Assembly: GCA_021432655.1 (NCBI GenBank)
Contig: MU271304.1
Coordinates: forward strand, 1-64,000
Length of the DNA stretch: 64,000 nucleotides
Reading direction: 5' to 3'
DNA from: Atractiella rhizophila
Taxonomy: Eukaryota
Shown: in pieces, positions 1 to 13,635 of the stretch
Layout of the letters: each line of letters starts with the position of its first letter
Position numbering within the stretch: position 1 is the first letter of the stretch
The notes under the pieces: model-generated
Seen by the model: the letters and a program-made list of their open reading frames with translations, nothing else
Database searches by the model: none
What the model was told of the DNA's origin: nothing
Program-made: the position numbers and the translations under genes

Positions 1-1128
1 AGAACCAGTCTTCAGCGCTTCAGCTTCCAGTTATCACATAATTTGAATACTTTATTTAATATCAAAGAGCATGAAGAAGGATTTTGTTGCAGGGCGAGCT
101 TCAAATTCACAAAATAGAGGACCTAGTCGGAGCATTCACCAATAGCGACTAAACCAGGTTATTATACCAAAACTTTCCTTCTATTCCATCCCGACCAATG
201 AAAAGCTCATTAAAGCAGAAATTACGGGTATGCGTAATCGCCTGAAGCGGTGCCATACTAGCAATAATGGAGTCCCTTAAAGATCTAAGTCTAGGTCCAA
301 GGGTTTCAGTGAATGTGTACACCGATCCCGCGTCTGGTTGTCCCTGAACTGGCTTGCACATCAAGGAGATTACCTATATTCCTCTATTAGAACCCCCCGA
401 GATGACTGGAAATCCAGGCTTCCAGCAACTCGTATCAAAAAGTGAGCTGCTACTTCTACACTGAATAAGGTTCTCCCTCTCTCGTTTTCGATGGAGATAA
501 TCAAGTTTGAGGTAATATTCAACATTTCCTTTGGGTGGGAGGAAGCCAAGGTGCAAGTAAAACACAAACAGTATCAATGGGCGAGAAAATCTAAACAGCG
601 AAGGGGAAGCTACGCATATAGTAATAAAAAGGTCTAGTTCTCGCAGCAAATGGCAGAAAAGGTTTGGCCTTGTCAGAGGGAAAGTCGCATGTTACGCTTC
701 CTTTCTTCCCACTGGAAATTGCGGAACTCAAGGTCTTGTAGAAGAGATTAATAGGAGAAGGTGTTTAATGCTTTAGGAGAACATCTTCTACGCGAAATCT
801 AATGGGCTGAATCCATGCTGGAACTTGAGAGAGCTTACTGTCCCGTGACGCGGTTTTCATAACAATATTCATCTGGAATCCACGCCTTGTCACTATCCCT
901 TCTCTATCTCCCAATTCCAGCTCGTTGCCGTTGTCCTGACGTTGGAATGTTGGCTCGTCAGAATGTTGGAGAGGCTACGAACGCCGAGCGCGAGATGGCG
1001 ACACCGGCTATATGACAATGCCGGATGATAGCTTCTCTCCCTCAAAGGCCAACTCCGTTTATAAAACTTAGGCTCTGCCTGTGAGACTGTCGACTTCACC
1101 TTTGACTTAATCCTGAGGAGAGCTCGGA

Positions 1129-2436
1129 ATGGCGCCACACAGTCTCTCCGAATCCCTGGTTCCACTTTCTACCAAATCCCTCCCTCAAGACCAGTCCGCA
1201 ACCAACTTCGTCCAGTCCTACACACTAGACAGGCACTGGGCATTTGGGAGCGTTCCACAGGGCGGTGTGTCTTTGTCAGCCGCGCGATTCAGTGTATTAA
1301 TGGAAAGATGCAAACAGGTTACCTCTTGGGACTCATTTTGAACACCTGTCTCAACTTCATTGGCTCCCAACCGGAGCTCAGGGATAAATATAGGGATCCG
1401 CTCGTTTTGACCAGCCATTTTTTGAGGAGGAGCGAGGCAGGAAGTCGGGTGGAGGTAGCGGTAGAGGTGGTGCATCGCACGAAGAAGATGTTATGGCTCA
1501 ACGGTTCCTTATCCTACGACGTTTGTCTGCCTTCCTTCCTTATTCTCCTTTTTTCAGAGCTACCATGAGCGCTGACACGAACGGACTTATCGTGATAGGG
1601 AAAGCCCAACATTCACACAACGCACATCTTCACCCTTCACCCTCCACTCCCCTCGTTCCCCCTTCCTGCTCCATCTCCACCATTGCCGACCTATTCTCCC
1701 CCTTGTCCGATCGGCATACACCCATCTCATCCCTCCGTTAGAGACTTCCAGCTACTCCCGTGGTATAAGCGGACGGACGTCAAGGTACTAGAGATACCCA
1801 AGGAACATTTACAGAGGTCTTTGACGGAGAATGGCGAATGGGGAGCTTTCGTCGATTTCGGGGAGCCAGTCACGGTGGCTTCTTTGCCGTGTGTCTTCCC
1901 TTCTTCGAACACAAGAGATGCTGACAAGCATGATGAGGATAGGTTCCTTGTGGACACGTTCAAGAACGTCTGTCTCCCGTTCTCCTCCACCTCCTAACAA
2001 AGAGGAAGCAGAACGGTTCGAACTGATTGACCCTGGTGTACAGCTCGCGGAACTCATAGTGGACCAACCACCATCCTGGTACCCAACTTTAGCTCTCCAA
2101 ATCGAATTCCCCTTCCCTCTCCCACCCCAATCCCCGTCCACCTCGACCTCTCTTTCGACCTCCTCGACCACAACAATCACTTCCACCTCCACCGGAGGGA
2201 CTACAGCAAAAATAGCGCTCTACGCTTCCTCGCGCGTGATATTGGAGGGAAGATCGGACACTACGGTCGAGGTGTGGATCATCCCTCATGTCGAAGGCGA
2301 AGAGTTGGCACAAGATGGGCAGGGATGGAGGGAACGCAGCGTGCTCGTGGCCGTAGGGAGGCAGAGTAACGCTATCATGACTAGCCAGAGGATTAAGGAG
2401 TCGAAGGCGAAAAATGTGGAGAAAAGCAAGTTGTAG
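1129..2436 (+). CDS. Thioesterase-like superfamily (hot-dog fold) protein, probably peroxisomal; multi-exon
   Basis: Spliced reading LDRHWAFGSVPQGG|GYLLGLIL...DPLVLTSHFLRR...VDTFKN...WYPTLALQIEF...EGRSDTTVEVW...VAVGRQ is typical of acyl-CoA thioesterase-like proteins. The C-terminus is SKL (PTS1). Confidence 0.8.
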
Positions 2437-2832
2437 CCCTGCTGGAGATATCAGGAAGGGAGTAGACTGGGAAAATCTAGATGGATATATATTTCAGTGG
2501 TGGGCGCAGTACTGCCAGTGGACGGTATGATTGTGAATGAATGTCGTAGATTCCCACGCATCTGTTAAAACTTAGGTTGAAATGAGCCTAACCATAATTT
2601 CGGGACATGATCCCCTTTGTACTGGTTTGGGTTGTTCGTGCTTTTATCGCAGTAAAGCTTATCTCTCAAGGAGAATCGTTCCATCGTACTGTACCAGCTT
2701 CCTGTCATCTAAAGTATAACAACACGCAGGCTTAAAATGACGCGAACTGCATATAAACCTGTTTGTCCACTCTTTCTCTGATTAACAACAGATTGTCACT
2801 CACTTCGCCTAAAGCCAGGGACAACCCAACGC

Positions 2833-4018
2833 ATGCCCTTCGGGGACCAAGGCTTATTCGTCACTTGCCCTCGTGGAAAGGAACGTACCTGCATGAACGA
2901 GATGCTGCCTCTTCTACATGAGGTGTGCCCTCTTATCCTGCCCTTTTCTGAATTCATCCATGGTCAGTGTGCTGACATGTTGTCAGTATCTGGAGCCGTA
3001 CATATCTAATCAGGGGACCCAAGGAGAGGAGGAGGCGGAGGGAGAGGAGGAAGAGAAACAGGGAGGGGAAGAAGAAGACATCGAGGCTCAAATCGCGCGG
3101 GAATTGAACGAGATCAAACAAGCCTCGCTGCCATCGAAGAGGACGATAAGGGTTCATCGCACGAGCTCGGAATGTCGTAGGTCCTTTCCTTCATTCCCAA
3201 CCGCAATCCAATCCTCTGATTCCTATCCAACGGGATGAAAAGTTTGCCTCTTCTTCCTCTCTCGCGCCATGTCCAATCGCCCAGATCTCTCCATCACCGC
3301 TCTCATCACCCGAATGATTCTCGATCTCTCTACTCCTCCAATTCCAGTAAGTGTCTCGGAAGGCACCACAGAGAAGTCAGAAAGCGAGGGTCCGAGAAGG
3401 AGGAGTCGGTTCGTGCAACGCATCTATCCTCTCGAGCACACATGTTCGGCGCTCAGTCTGGACAAGGTAAAGAGGACGGCGGAGCAGTGTGTTGTGAAGG
3501 CTTTTGGGGATGCCGCGAGGAGAGAGGAGCCGATTAAGGTGTGCCATTGTATCCTTTCATGCAATCCTTTTCCCTGCGTTTCGGTTTGCAGATCGTAGTT
3601 TTTGAGTCGCGAGTAAAGAAATTTGAAGCGAGAAAAGCTAATGATCGACAATCCACGAAGCAATAGAAACTCTGCGTCAAAGCTACTAGTCACTAATCGT
3701 CTTCTGCTGCAGTATCGGATAGAGCTTACCATTCGGAACCACGACAAACCACTGTCGCGCTCCGTCATCTTCGACATCTTCGCCTCCATCCTCTCCCCCG
3801 CCGACAAGTCACAACCAACGGCCGCCCCTCTCCCAATTGCCTCTTTAAAACCAGGAACTGCCGACTTGATCGTCCTCGTCACCGTTCACGAGAACCTGTT
3901 CGGTGTCGCGGTTGTAGATGGGAAATTGTGGGATGGGAGAGGACGCAGGTTCAATTTGCAGGCTCTCGCGGAGGAAGCTTTGGCCGCCAAAGAGAAGGTG
4001 ACAAACGAAAAGGCTTAG
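2833..4018 (+). CDS. TAN1: THUMP-domain protein (tRNA acetylation adaptor Tan1-like); multi-exon, start approximate
   Basis: GLFVTCPRGKERTC...DIEAQIARELNEIK...SRFVQRIYPLEHTC...YRIELTIRNHDKPLSRSVI...LIVLVTVHENLFGVAVV...RFNL. Confidence 0.8.
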
Positions 4019-4992
4019 ACTTCGCTACAGTGCAGTAATATATGGAGGGAAGTACAGTGGATACATTTTAAGGTGTGCAGCATACTGCTTAGTATCATAT
4101 CTTGCGATTCATTGTATCATTATATGTATCCAAGCTAAAAGTCCTCAGATTGGGGTTGAAGCATATGCGCATAGTCCCTGATTCGTGAATTTCCGTCGCA
4201 TGAGGCGCTTTCAGCCTTTGCACCACAATTCTGCCCTGGTTTGTCATGTTGCCATCCACGCTGGGATGACAAACTTCATCCCCATCACTGTTTCTTGGGT
4301 CTAATATCTTTGAAGACCATCGCTTTCACGATCGTTGCCTTTTCAGACTGCCCACTTTCACACTCGCAGAAATAGCAGAAATAAGCTAGGTGCAGAATTG
4401 CAAATCACTTCTATAAACCAAATACATCGGTTGCGATAACCTGTGGACTTCTAGCTAGGGTACTGAGAGATGTGCTGAAACCGACTCGACAAATGCAAAC
4501 AAAACAAGCTAAGGAGAATTCTGAGATATGAACTAGGCGAATCATAATGGACTGCTGTTGAGATTGGACTAGATTGAGACTTCATAGGTAAAGGAATTAA
4601 GAGACACAAAGAAGGAGACAAAAAGGAAGAAGAAAGGGATTCGAGTAAATGCTATGACGAATTCGTTAATGATAAATCTACGACTGTTATCACGGACCAA
4701 CTGCTTGTGCTGTGAAATACGGGCATGACTTCTACAACGACCGATGAAATCAGTCTGAATAAGCTATGGCGCTGAATATTGTTCTGTGAAACCTGCGTCT
4801 GTGAGGGCAAGTGACGGGAAATGGAACGATCGACTGTTGATCCAGTCGAGCGAGAGCATAAAAGCGAAATGTGTTTGGTTGTAGCTGACTTCGTGAGAAC
4901 ATCGAAGTCAGAAGAACCTTCAAGTCCTGCAGTGAGAGCGAGGTGTAGCCGTGTCCGAAGAGTCTCCGCCCATTATCACGTCTCTGTGGTCT

Positions 4993-6318
4993 TCAGAATT
5001 CGTAGGTCCAGTCCTCGCTCACTCCGTGTCCAGCTCGAGGACTAGGACTGGGTGCTCGAGGACGGCTCGGCGGTCTGCTGATAGCGACAGGCAGGGTGGT
5101 TGGCGCCGAACTCCTCGGAGGAAAAGGCGACGAAGTCCTCGATCGTGGGACTGTGGTCTGTGGGCGAGAATGGGGAGGTACGGGGAGGAAAGAGTTGTTG
5201 ATGGACTTGGGTACAGGAGCCCGTACATTGGGGAGAGGTGAAGGAGCTTGTGTCTTCAGATTCGTTCCAATCGCACTACGGATCGATGTTGGAGATGAGG
5301 ATCGTCTCGATGTCGTCGCACTTTTCCAGTCCACTGGTGTTCTCACTCCTTCGTCCCGCATCAACTCTTCATACGACCCATAGTCTTCGTCCTCCCACTT
5401 CTGCCCATTCAACAACCTCATACTCGCGAAGCCGCCAGCCGGCACATTCTGCTTCAACAAGCCATTCGCCGCTTCGAGCTCGAAAGCGATCGAAGGCCGT
5501 CTCTTGATCATAGAAGTGGGAACATAATCTCCTTTTGGTTGTGATCGTGATCTCGATCGAGAAGAAAGGGTTTGATTCTGGGGCGGCGAACTGCTCTTTG
5601 ACGAGTTGGGAGGAGTAGGAATGATGGATCCGCAAACACCACCTGAAGAGTGAGGACGGACCCGGCTTGAGGATGGGCGGTAAGGCGAAGAACGTTTGAC
5701 AGCGTTGGCAAGCTGAGATTCGAGGGCCTCAACGCGGGAGGAGAAGGTGGCATTGAAACTCGGCGCACGAACGGTTTTTCTATTCCATCACGACGTAATT
5801 AGTGGTGATCTCTTTTCCGCACAGAGAGAGAAGTCGTCGTACACGGGACGCTCGCTTTTTCCTGCAGCTGGCTGAGTTGTCATTCGGTAACAATAATGCG
5901 GGAGAGACGCACCATCCCAACTACACAGACTGCCTTCACAGATGCATGCCACGCAAGAAGCAGTCCCGTCAGGAAGGTTTGAATATGTGCATTTTCGCCT
6001 GATTCCATCTATCAGTAAAACTTGAAGGATGGCAAGACGGAAAGGAGCTCACTTTCGCAGTCTACACAAGTCGCCTATTGCCAACCAACTCTGTCAGGGC
6101 CTTCCTAAAGTCATAGCACAAAGTAATAACATACAGGCTTTACTCGCTCTTCTCTGCGACTCATTTGTAGGCACGTATATCCCCAAGCCGTGACTTTTGG
6201 CGCCTGAATATTGAATCTGAGACTGAAACGTCGAAGACCCTGAAGCGAAAGAAGGCGTAGAGTAATCATTTCTGACGTCGTGATTGGGAAGTTGGCCCGA
6301 AATTGAGTATCGTCTCAT
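4993..6318 (-). CDS. Zn(II)2Cys6 transcription factor with Ser/Pro-rich tail; multi-exon
   Basis: Splicing across two short introns gives RRASKA|CDLCRLRK|RKCTYSNLPDGTASCVACICEGSLC. A coiled-coil SRVEALESQL follows, in frame with ORF 4993..5511. Confidence 0.8.
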
Positions 6319-7639
6319 GGCGTGAATGTGCGAAGGTCGAGGATAGAAACCGACAATACGTCGAACTTCGTGACAAAGAGATACAGCCGATCGATAAGTG
6401 AAACGTGAACGAGCCAACAAGAAATTTGGCAGAAAATCAGAAATCGAGAGATAACCCCAACAACTTGAAGAAAATCGTGACAGTGGTAGAAAGAGGACTT
6501 TATCAGAACACTTTATGATAATTGTTATAAGGAGACTTGGAGAGCCGGACTTTACAACTTTTGCACCAGCTAGCAGTAGAAGCGTTGGTCGCAACTCTTC
6601 AACAGTCTCATAGTCAATCAAAGCTTACAGAAGGCCCCTATAGCCACCGAAAGTAAGTAGCATAGGGAGTTGGGAACTTGGAAAAAAATAACCTTTCGAA
6701 AAAACGCGACAACCACTACTTGGGAACAGTGATCGAATAAGCGGCTGCCAGTGAATTGGCCCATCCTAACGGAGGTGCTCATAGTCTAGCATTGATGCAT
6801 TCACATTCAGATTTAAATCGATGATGGGGTCCATGCCTTTGCGAAGCATCAACACCCTCTTTGTGGCACTCGAACGACCTCTAGGGGACAGAAGGCGTTC
6901 CAAGCAGGAGTAATTCTCGCCGCATACTACTGATGTTAAACGATACCGAATAAGCTACCTCCCTCTCTGATTTTCCATAGACTATTACGTTCGACGAACA
7001 CCTGAACGAATCTAAGAACCGAAAACGTGGAGCTAATTCATCAGGCGACAAGCAGGACGCCTTCCCAAAACTCAACCAAACAAACGATCTCTCTATAAGA
7101 AAATACGCAAGGAAAAGTCTAGGTCTGTTTTGACTTCATGGAACTTGATGTTGAGGTGGCCTGAGCTTGCTCTAGAGATATTGGTAAGCAATGCGAGGCT
7201 CTTTTGGGCCGAGGAAAGAAAATCGAAGCATGGAGCAGACTGAGATTGAACTCAGCAGGAGCTCAGCACAATGATCAGAGAGGAGGAAGTTAATCCAAGC
7301 GTCTAACTCGAATTTCCAGTTAACTCAGAGTGTAGCAACTTGAAACTGAGAATCGAAGCAAAAACATCTTCCCGAGGCGAAGATGTGAAGTAAAAAGCAG
7401 GACGAATCCTGTCAACCTTCAATCAACGCGCGATGGTGAATTCATATTTTTCAGTTAATCCAATATTCGCTACACCTAGTAATACACCAGAAGCCGACAC
7501 ACAAGCACTCACAATGGACGGGTCGCCAAAAGCCAACAGAGCGGGGAATGGCGAGGAGAATGGGTGGTGGAGAATGCGACCGAAAATGCTCGAATGTATA
7601 CACAAGAAACGAAATGCCCAAGTACTATGAGGTATGACG

Positions 7640-9349
7640 TTATGGTTTAGGAGCCTCGATGGAGGCGCCAGAACTGGGACTGGAGGACCATCGCTTTTTG
7701 AGTTTGGGGATGACGTAGCTGAGAGACTTGACTGGACCAGCGGAAAGGACGCCTTTCATGGACTGGTTGAAGGCTGGACGACGAATGATATTATGCAAGC
7801 CTTACCAAGCGTGTCGTTATTCATAATACTAATGGAGAAAGAAGTGATGAGGAACTTACTGTCATCAATGACTTTGGTAAACTCTTCATCAACGACAATC
7901 TTCTGCCAAACAGCATTCTCGTCCACCTTCTCTTCCGTCTCCTTCTTCACACCCCCCAGTCCCTTCTGCAGATTCCATCTCCCCTGATAAGTGCCCCAAA
8001 TCTTCCCCCTCAGTCCCAATGGGAGCTTCCTCGTCAGATCCGCTCTCATCCTCGGATTCTTGTCCTGCTTCAAAGTTCTGACTTCAGAGCCTACAACGGA
8101 TGTGGAAGGGCCAGACTGGAAAGCGACGTGATGTTTGAACCCAGAAGAGATGAAGCCACCGTAGAGCTGACGGAACTGGTCCAGCTGGTTGGAGACTATG
8201 TTTCGCACTTTGTTGGGGTTCTCCCCAACCGCCATGCGGAAATCGCCCCTGTAACTCAGACCGGCAATCGTCTCGTAGAGGTCTTGCTCGCTGAAAGTTT
8301 CGGGGAGGAGTAGGAGAGAGGTACGGAAGGAGTTTGCGAGATTAACTTGTTGATCGAGACGTATGCGGGGATCCTCCCGTAGAATCTTGATCTGTCAACA
8401 CGAACATCGTCATTTGCATCACAAGAGGAATGGAACGACGAACGGGCTTGTGCATCCTCCCTCCAAGGTAAAGCGTTTCCCAATCTAACAGGTCGTTCCT
8501 TAAGGTGTCTACAGAGACCACACCGTACTTGAGGTGCTTTCCGGCGATCTCCACATTGACGTTGAACCACACTCCAGCTCCCAGGCGTTCCTCAGCCCAG
8601 GTGATAGCTCCGCTCCCCATCCACCTCATCGGGACGGCATAATGATGTGGGTTCTGCTGCAGATTAACAGCATGCCAATGCTCAGGATGAGAGACGGCAA
8701 AGACGAAATCTAGCAACGGTTTATCCTACACCACAGGGAGCAGACGAATCAACAATCCGCATTCCTCAACAACCCCACCTCGGTCTGAGCAACGAGATGC
8801 CGAAATAACTCACCTCTGCGGTGTAGCCTTTCTGACGAAACACTCCGCTGCCGTAAGCAAACGCGTAGCGGATAGGAGCTCGGAATGACGACACTACTTC
8901 CTCCAAGTCCCGTAACACCTCCTCAGGAACCTTCACTACCTGATTCCTCCCAAAAGACGCCGGTAACCGTCCAGGCAGCCATTGATAGCGAAGCGGTCGA
9001 GGAAGAGGAGTTTCGGTTTTGGGACTTTCTGGAGAAGCTGTATGGGGAGGAGGAGGGTCGGGAACGCTTTTCAAGACGGCAGCAGGAGGTGCAGGCGCAG
9101 TTGTTCCGGATTTGGTGGGCTGGGAGTTCGAAGGCGGCTTCTTGAAGGGAAAGGGAGGTGGAGGAGATGAGGCCGAGGAGCTTTGAACGGTCTCGGTAGA
9201 CAGCCAAGCGATTAAATGAGGTTTAGGGTACGGTCTGGTGTGGGCGAGTCTGGAGACTTGAGCGATTGATTTGGAGGAGAGTATGAACTGCTCAGGAATC
9301 GTCAATGCGTTGTTGAGTAGCAACGGGAGGACTGGAAACGCACCGACAT
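7640..9349 (-). CDS. TAM41: Mitochondrial phosphatidate cytidylyltransferase Tam41/Mmp37; multi-exon
   Basis: IRYAFAYGSGVFRQ, LDFVFAVSHPEHWH..NLQQNPHHY, KYGVVS..L..DLLDWETLYLGGRMHKPV, GENPNKVRNIV. The first coding exon is ATGTCG. Confidence 0.93.
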
Positions 9350-9755
9350 TATTTATTCTGTATTTCTTGTGAAAGTTATGAGCTGAATGAATGGAGGTTC
9401 AATGATTTCTGATTTCTGATGGCAATATTGACACTTGTCTCTGCTTGTGGTGGTTGGTTTGAGTGGTCTCGTGACGCGTTCAATCAGTTTATCACGTGTT
9501 CATTTTATTCATTTCCCATTTCCGAAGCCAGCATAGGAGGATGGATCAAGGAGCCAATGATTACAAGAGGTCCTGAAGTCGCTATATCTCAAGGATCGTG
9601 AAGTGGGTATAGATAGTTCCGGACATCTCTTCTGTTCGGCTGCTTATTTGCCATGCGAGTTGGAGCAACCCAGTGAACGGATTGAGTCAAGTCAGGTAGC
9701 ATGGAGGATGGCATTGAGCATATATGGCATACACGAAAGACCCAACTGTGAGAAA

Positions 9756-10373
9756 TTACGAGACCAAAGTGGAAGCGGTGTTGGCCTCGTATTTGAAGTT
9801 AGGGGCGATCTGGAGCTTGGTCTTGTAGTACCTGACGAGCCTGTGGATCCTGCTCTCGATCAAGATGAGGCGGAACTTGGAGTCTTTGTCCTTCCTGTTC
9901 CTCTCCAAGTGCTTCCTGACGGAAACAGCCTTTTGCATCAAGTGATGAAGGTCCTCAGGGTACTTCGGTGCGAGCCCTTCATAACTCATCAACATTTATC
10001 CCACAATAAACGATGAAGAGAAAAAAACGTACCTTGAGATTTGAGGATACGTAGGATCTTGTTACCAGTCACGCTCCTAACTTGAGCGATACCGTGGGAA
10101 TCCCTCAGAACAACACCGATCTGGGAAGGGGTCATGCCCTTCCTGGCCAGTTTTGCGATTTGGTCAGAGACTTCGTCGGGAGTCGTCTTCAGCCATCGTG
10201 GAGGAGTGCGCTTGTAGGGAAGGGCGGATCCGGAGATACCCTACTGCGATGTCAACATCGTTTGTTAGGCAAGAACCAGATCAAGCGGACCTTGTGGGGA
10301 TTGTGCATACGACCCCTGCGTATTCAGTCAGCTCATAGTTATATGGTAAATCGAAAGGTAAGAAGGCTTACAT
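9756..10373 (-). CDS. RPS13: 40S ribosomal protein S13 (uS15); multi-exon
   Basis: [20 protein letters not shown]...[16 protein letters not shown]...[46 protein letters not shown]. Confidence 0.98.
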
Positions 10374-11114
10374 GGCTGCAGAACGTTAGTTGTGAAAGTG
10401 AAAAAGAGAAGTCGGTGGAAGCGTCGAGTCTGAAAGAGCAAAATCACCGCGAGGGTGCACTCTAGTCAGCTCCTGGGAACACATTGGGGATGAGGGCTAT
10501 ACCTGGAACCTCCTTCAAGACTATCAGAGTCTGCCTTCAGGAACAGAAGGAAGAATCTTACCTTTTTACGGTCGTTGCAAAATCAGCAAGGCCACCATTT
10601 TGAGTTTGCGTGATTCCGCAGCAGTTGTGGCTGGTGTTTTTGTATCAATCGGTGTCGTCGCCTCGTCCAGTTTCTAGGTTCGTGTTTTCATTTTAAAGGT
10701 AAGCATTCCTATTTGTGGTGAAGGGTTAGAGGGTTTGAGAGGCTCTTGGGCTGGCTCCAAATGGTTTTATGGTTGAGACGGGGTTGAAGAGTCTGTCATG
10801 TTTGACATGGCTAGTCTTCGGGAGCAGCAGAAAGTGACATGGAATAACTTGCATTGGGATGCAAGCGTGGTTTCTGAAGCACTGGTCCACCGATAAAGTG
10901 ATTGGGCCTGTTGAGCTGTTTAAGAGGTCAACCCGAGCAAGCGAGAGGATGGGGCAGATGTGATACCTCTCGATTCTTGGTGGACTGTCGGGATGGATGT
11001 CGAGCGCTCTCCACTACAGCTGGCTATCCTATGCTTGCACACGAGTCTGACCAGTTCATCAGCTGACCAAGTATCTTGTCCAGGACCTAGCTCCTATTAC
11101 CTCTTCACTCCATC

Positions 11115-12210
11115 ATGAAATTGAACATCAGTAACCCGGCGACGGGTCAACAAAAAAGCTTCGATGTCGATGATGACAGGAAAGTGTGCGTATTTCTGTC
11201 ACTCTCTGGTTTTGTGCATGCTCAAGTATGATGGATAGTCGCGTTTTCTACGACAAGAGGATGGGTCAAGAGGTCCCAGCCGATAGTCTGGGCGATGAGT
11301 TCAAGGGATATATCGTCAGGATCACTGGCGGCAACGACAGTAAGTCGGTCTGCCTTTCAATATTCGTCGTCTCTGAGCTTGTACCGTGAACGACAGAGCA
11401 GGGTTTCCGTGCGTCATACCCCTAGTCCATGAGTCCATGATCGACCTCTCTCACATTCTTGAACAGCCATGAAACAAGGAGTCCTCCAACAACAACGTGT
11501 CAGGCTTCTCCTCTCCAAGGGCCACTCTTGCTTCCGCGAACGACGCACTGGCGAGCGAGTCCGCAAATCTGTTCGGGGATGCATCGTCGGATCTGATATT
11601 GCCGCTCTTGCTCTCGTTGTTGTCAAGCAGGGAGAGAGCGACATTGCTGGACTGACCGACCAGATTCTTCCCAAGAGGTTGGGTCCTAAGAGGTTCGTCT
11701 CACCTTTGGTCTTGTAACAAAGATTCCGATACTGATTCTTTGTGCGCGTAATGAATAGGGCTACTAAGATCCGCCGAATGTTCAACTTGAGCAAGAAGGA
11801 CGACGTGACCAAATTCGTGGTCAGGAGGGAGGTCAAGTCGACCAAGAACCCCGATAAAAAGCCTTACCAGAAGGCTCCTAAGATCCAAAGGCTCGTCACG
11901 CCCGAGCGTCTGCAGAGGAGGAGGAGACTGCGGGTGCGTCTGCTTTCCCATCACCCTAGCTTCATCCCTTACGCATCATGGGTCTGATGTTCTGTTTGTG
12001 TGCGTTACAGGCTTTGGCTCGCAAGACGACTGAGCGCCAGAAGGTCCAGATCGAGGAGTACAAGGCTGTCGTCCACAAGCGCGCTGAGGAGAGGAAACAG
12101 AAGGTCGCTGCTCTCAGGGAAAAGAGGTGCGTCCATCATCTCTTTTCTGCCTCAAAACTTTGGGATGGATTTTGATGTTGCTTTGATGGGATAGGCACGC
12201 TCACGCATGA
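11115..12210 (+). CDS. RPS6: 40S ribosomal protein S6 (eS6); multi-exon
   Basis: [14 protein letters not shown]...[20 protein letters not shown]...MKQGVL...[10 protein letters not shown]...[23 protein letters not shown]...[11 protein letters not shown]. Confidence 0.98.
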
Positions 12211-12376
12211 GCTTAGGGCAAGTTGGTGCGGTTGGGCAGTTTCGTCGTTATGATTGAAGATATATGCTATGCAATCCTATGCCCAGGTTACTTTTTTCTC
12301 CATCCGGGCGCGTTAAGCATCACGACGTTTGAGGAGAATCAACATTCTGACATTGATTCAAGGTATAATGAAGGTA

Positions 12377-13635
12377 TTATAGCGAATATAACATTGCAAG
12401 ACTTCCAACGATCAACGATACCGTCGTAGAAGACAGAATGTTGACCTGGATTCAAAATTTAGTTTATGTGCACTTAGAGAGCAAGAAATCGACTGCACCT
12501 GATTATTAGACAATAAATCTACTCCACAGACCTTGACTATTTCTTCTCCTTCTACCTTCTTGGAATAGCTATTCACGACCATCTTGCGAGTTTTTGAGTA
12601 GAGAGTTTGTTGGAGTGTTGCGCCGAGCAAGGAGTCAAGCTGTGGACCCAAAGGACGTGATCAGATCACGTCTATTGTCTTTCAGTGGGAGGGAGGAGAC
12701 GAACGAGCGATCCGAGGACGCCGCTTCCCGCACCGACTAGCACCAAATGTGCCGCTCTCTCCCAACCACATATCGGGTTCTGGATCAAGAGTGAAATGGT
12801 GGCCGTGAATCCTATGAGGAGTCCACCTAGGAGAGAGGAGAGGAGGCCGAGGGAGGAGACGCCTCCATTTGTGCCTTTGGGGACCGGACGGAGGGTGGTT
12901 ATGAGCAGAGGAGGTTGGGAGGAGAGGATGCCGAGCTATTTTAGTGTACTTTATTAGAGGGTGAGGATTGGGAGTGGGAGCGGAAGACTGACCTCGCTCG
13001 ATAGCTGTACAAAGCGAATCAGACTGTTATACCAGAAAAGGAAGGAGAGACGGAGAGGAAGACGAACTGTGTCACCTGCACAAACGCTCCAGAACGCGAC
13101 ACCGATAAATATCAGAGCGCGAGACATGTTTCCATCACCCTCGCTCCTCTCTATCACACACCAGTCCCTCCGTCCTTCTGGAACTCGAAAGGCGTCCTCG
13201 TAGTACGATCGCCAGAGGAGAGCGGAGACGGTGCCGATGAGCGAGTTACAGAGGACTTGGAAACCATTTCGGTTGCCTCCTGTCAATGCGTCCGCGGCTC
13301 CTTCGTCCAGTTCACTCTTCACTTTCGCCTTTACCTTTTACAGTCCATGCTGACATTAGATTGTTTAGCTGTGATTTGGGATGGGAAACACCTTGGTAGC
13401 TCTCGACCCGGCAAAGTAGAAAACGAGCAATGAGATGCCGAAGAGCTTGAGAGGATTTGCCTGCACACGATTAATATAAGGACTGCATGACGTGTAGCAT
13501 TTCACGTACCAGCGTGAGGTAGCCGACAAGAAGGGCAGTTATGGACCCTGATGTGCTCAGGGAACGCTTTCGAAGGCCATACGCCGCGAGGAGGATAGCG
13601 ACAATGAGTGCAGAAGGATAGATGTCGGGGGACAT
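12377..13635 (-). CDS. DUF92/TMEM19-family integral membrane protein; multi-exon
   Basis: GLRKRSLSTSGS, FYFAGSRATK, GGNRNGFQVLCN, CAGDT, LITTLRPVPKGTNGGVS, LDSLLGATLQ, LLSNNQVN. Confidence 0.88.

Noticed and set aside
1..900. Short minus-strand ORFs at the window start
   Set aside because: No recognisable motif and no consistent exon chain could be built.
10780..10850. SRP, RNase P/MRP or snR30 identity for the RPS13-RPS6 structured segment
   Set aside because: Only fragmentary resemblances (GGAGCAG, AGAAA..TGGAA, ATTCCTA). The required partner motifs (SRP CAGG, P4 helix, same-strand AAACCAT) are missing.
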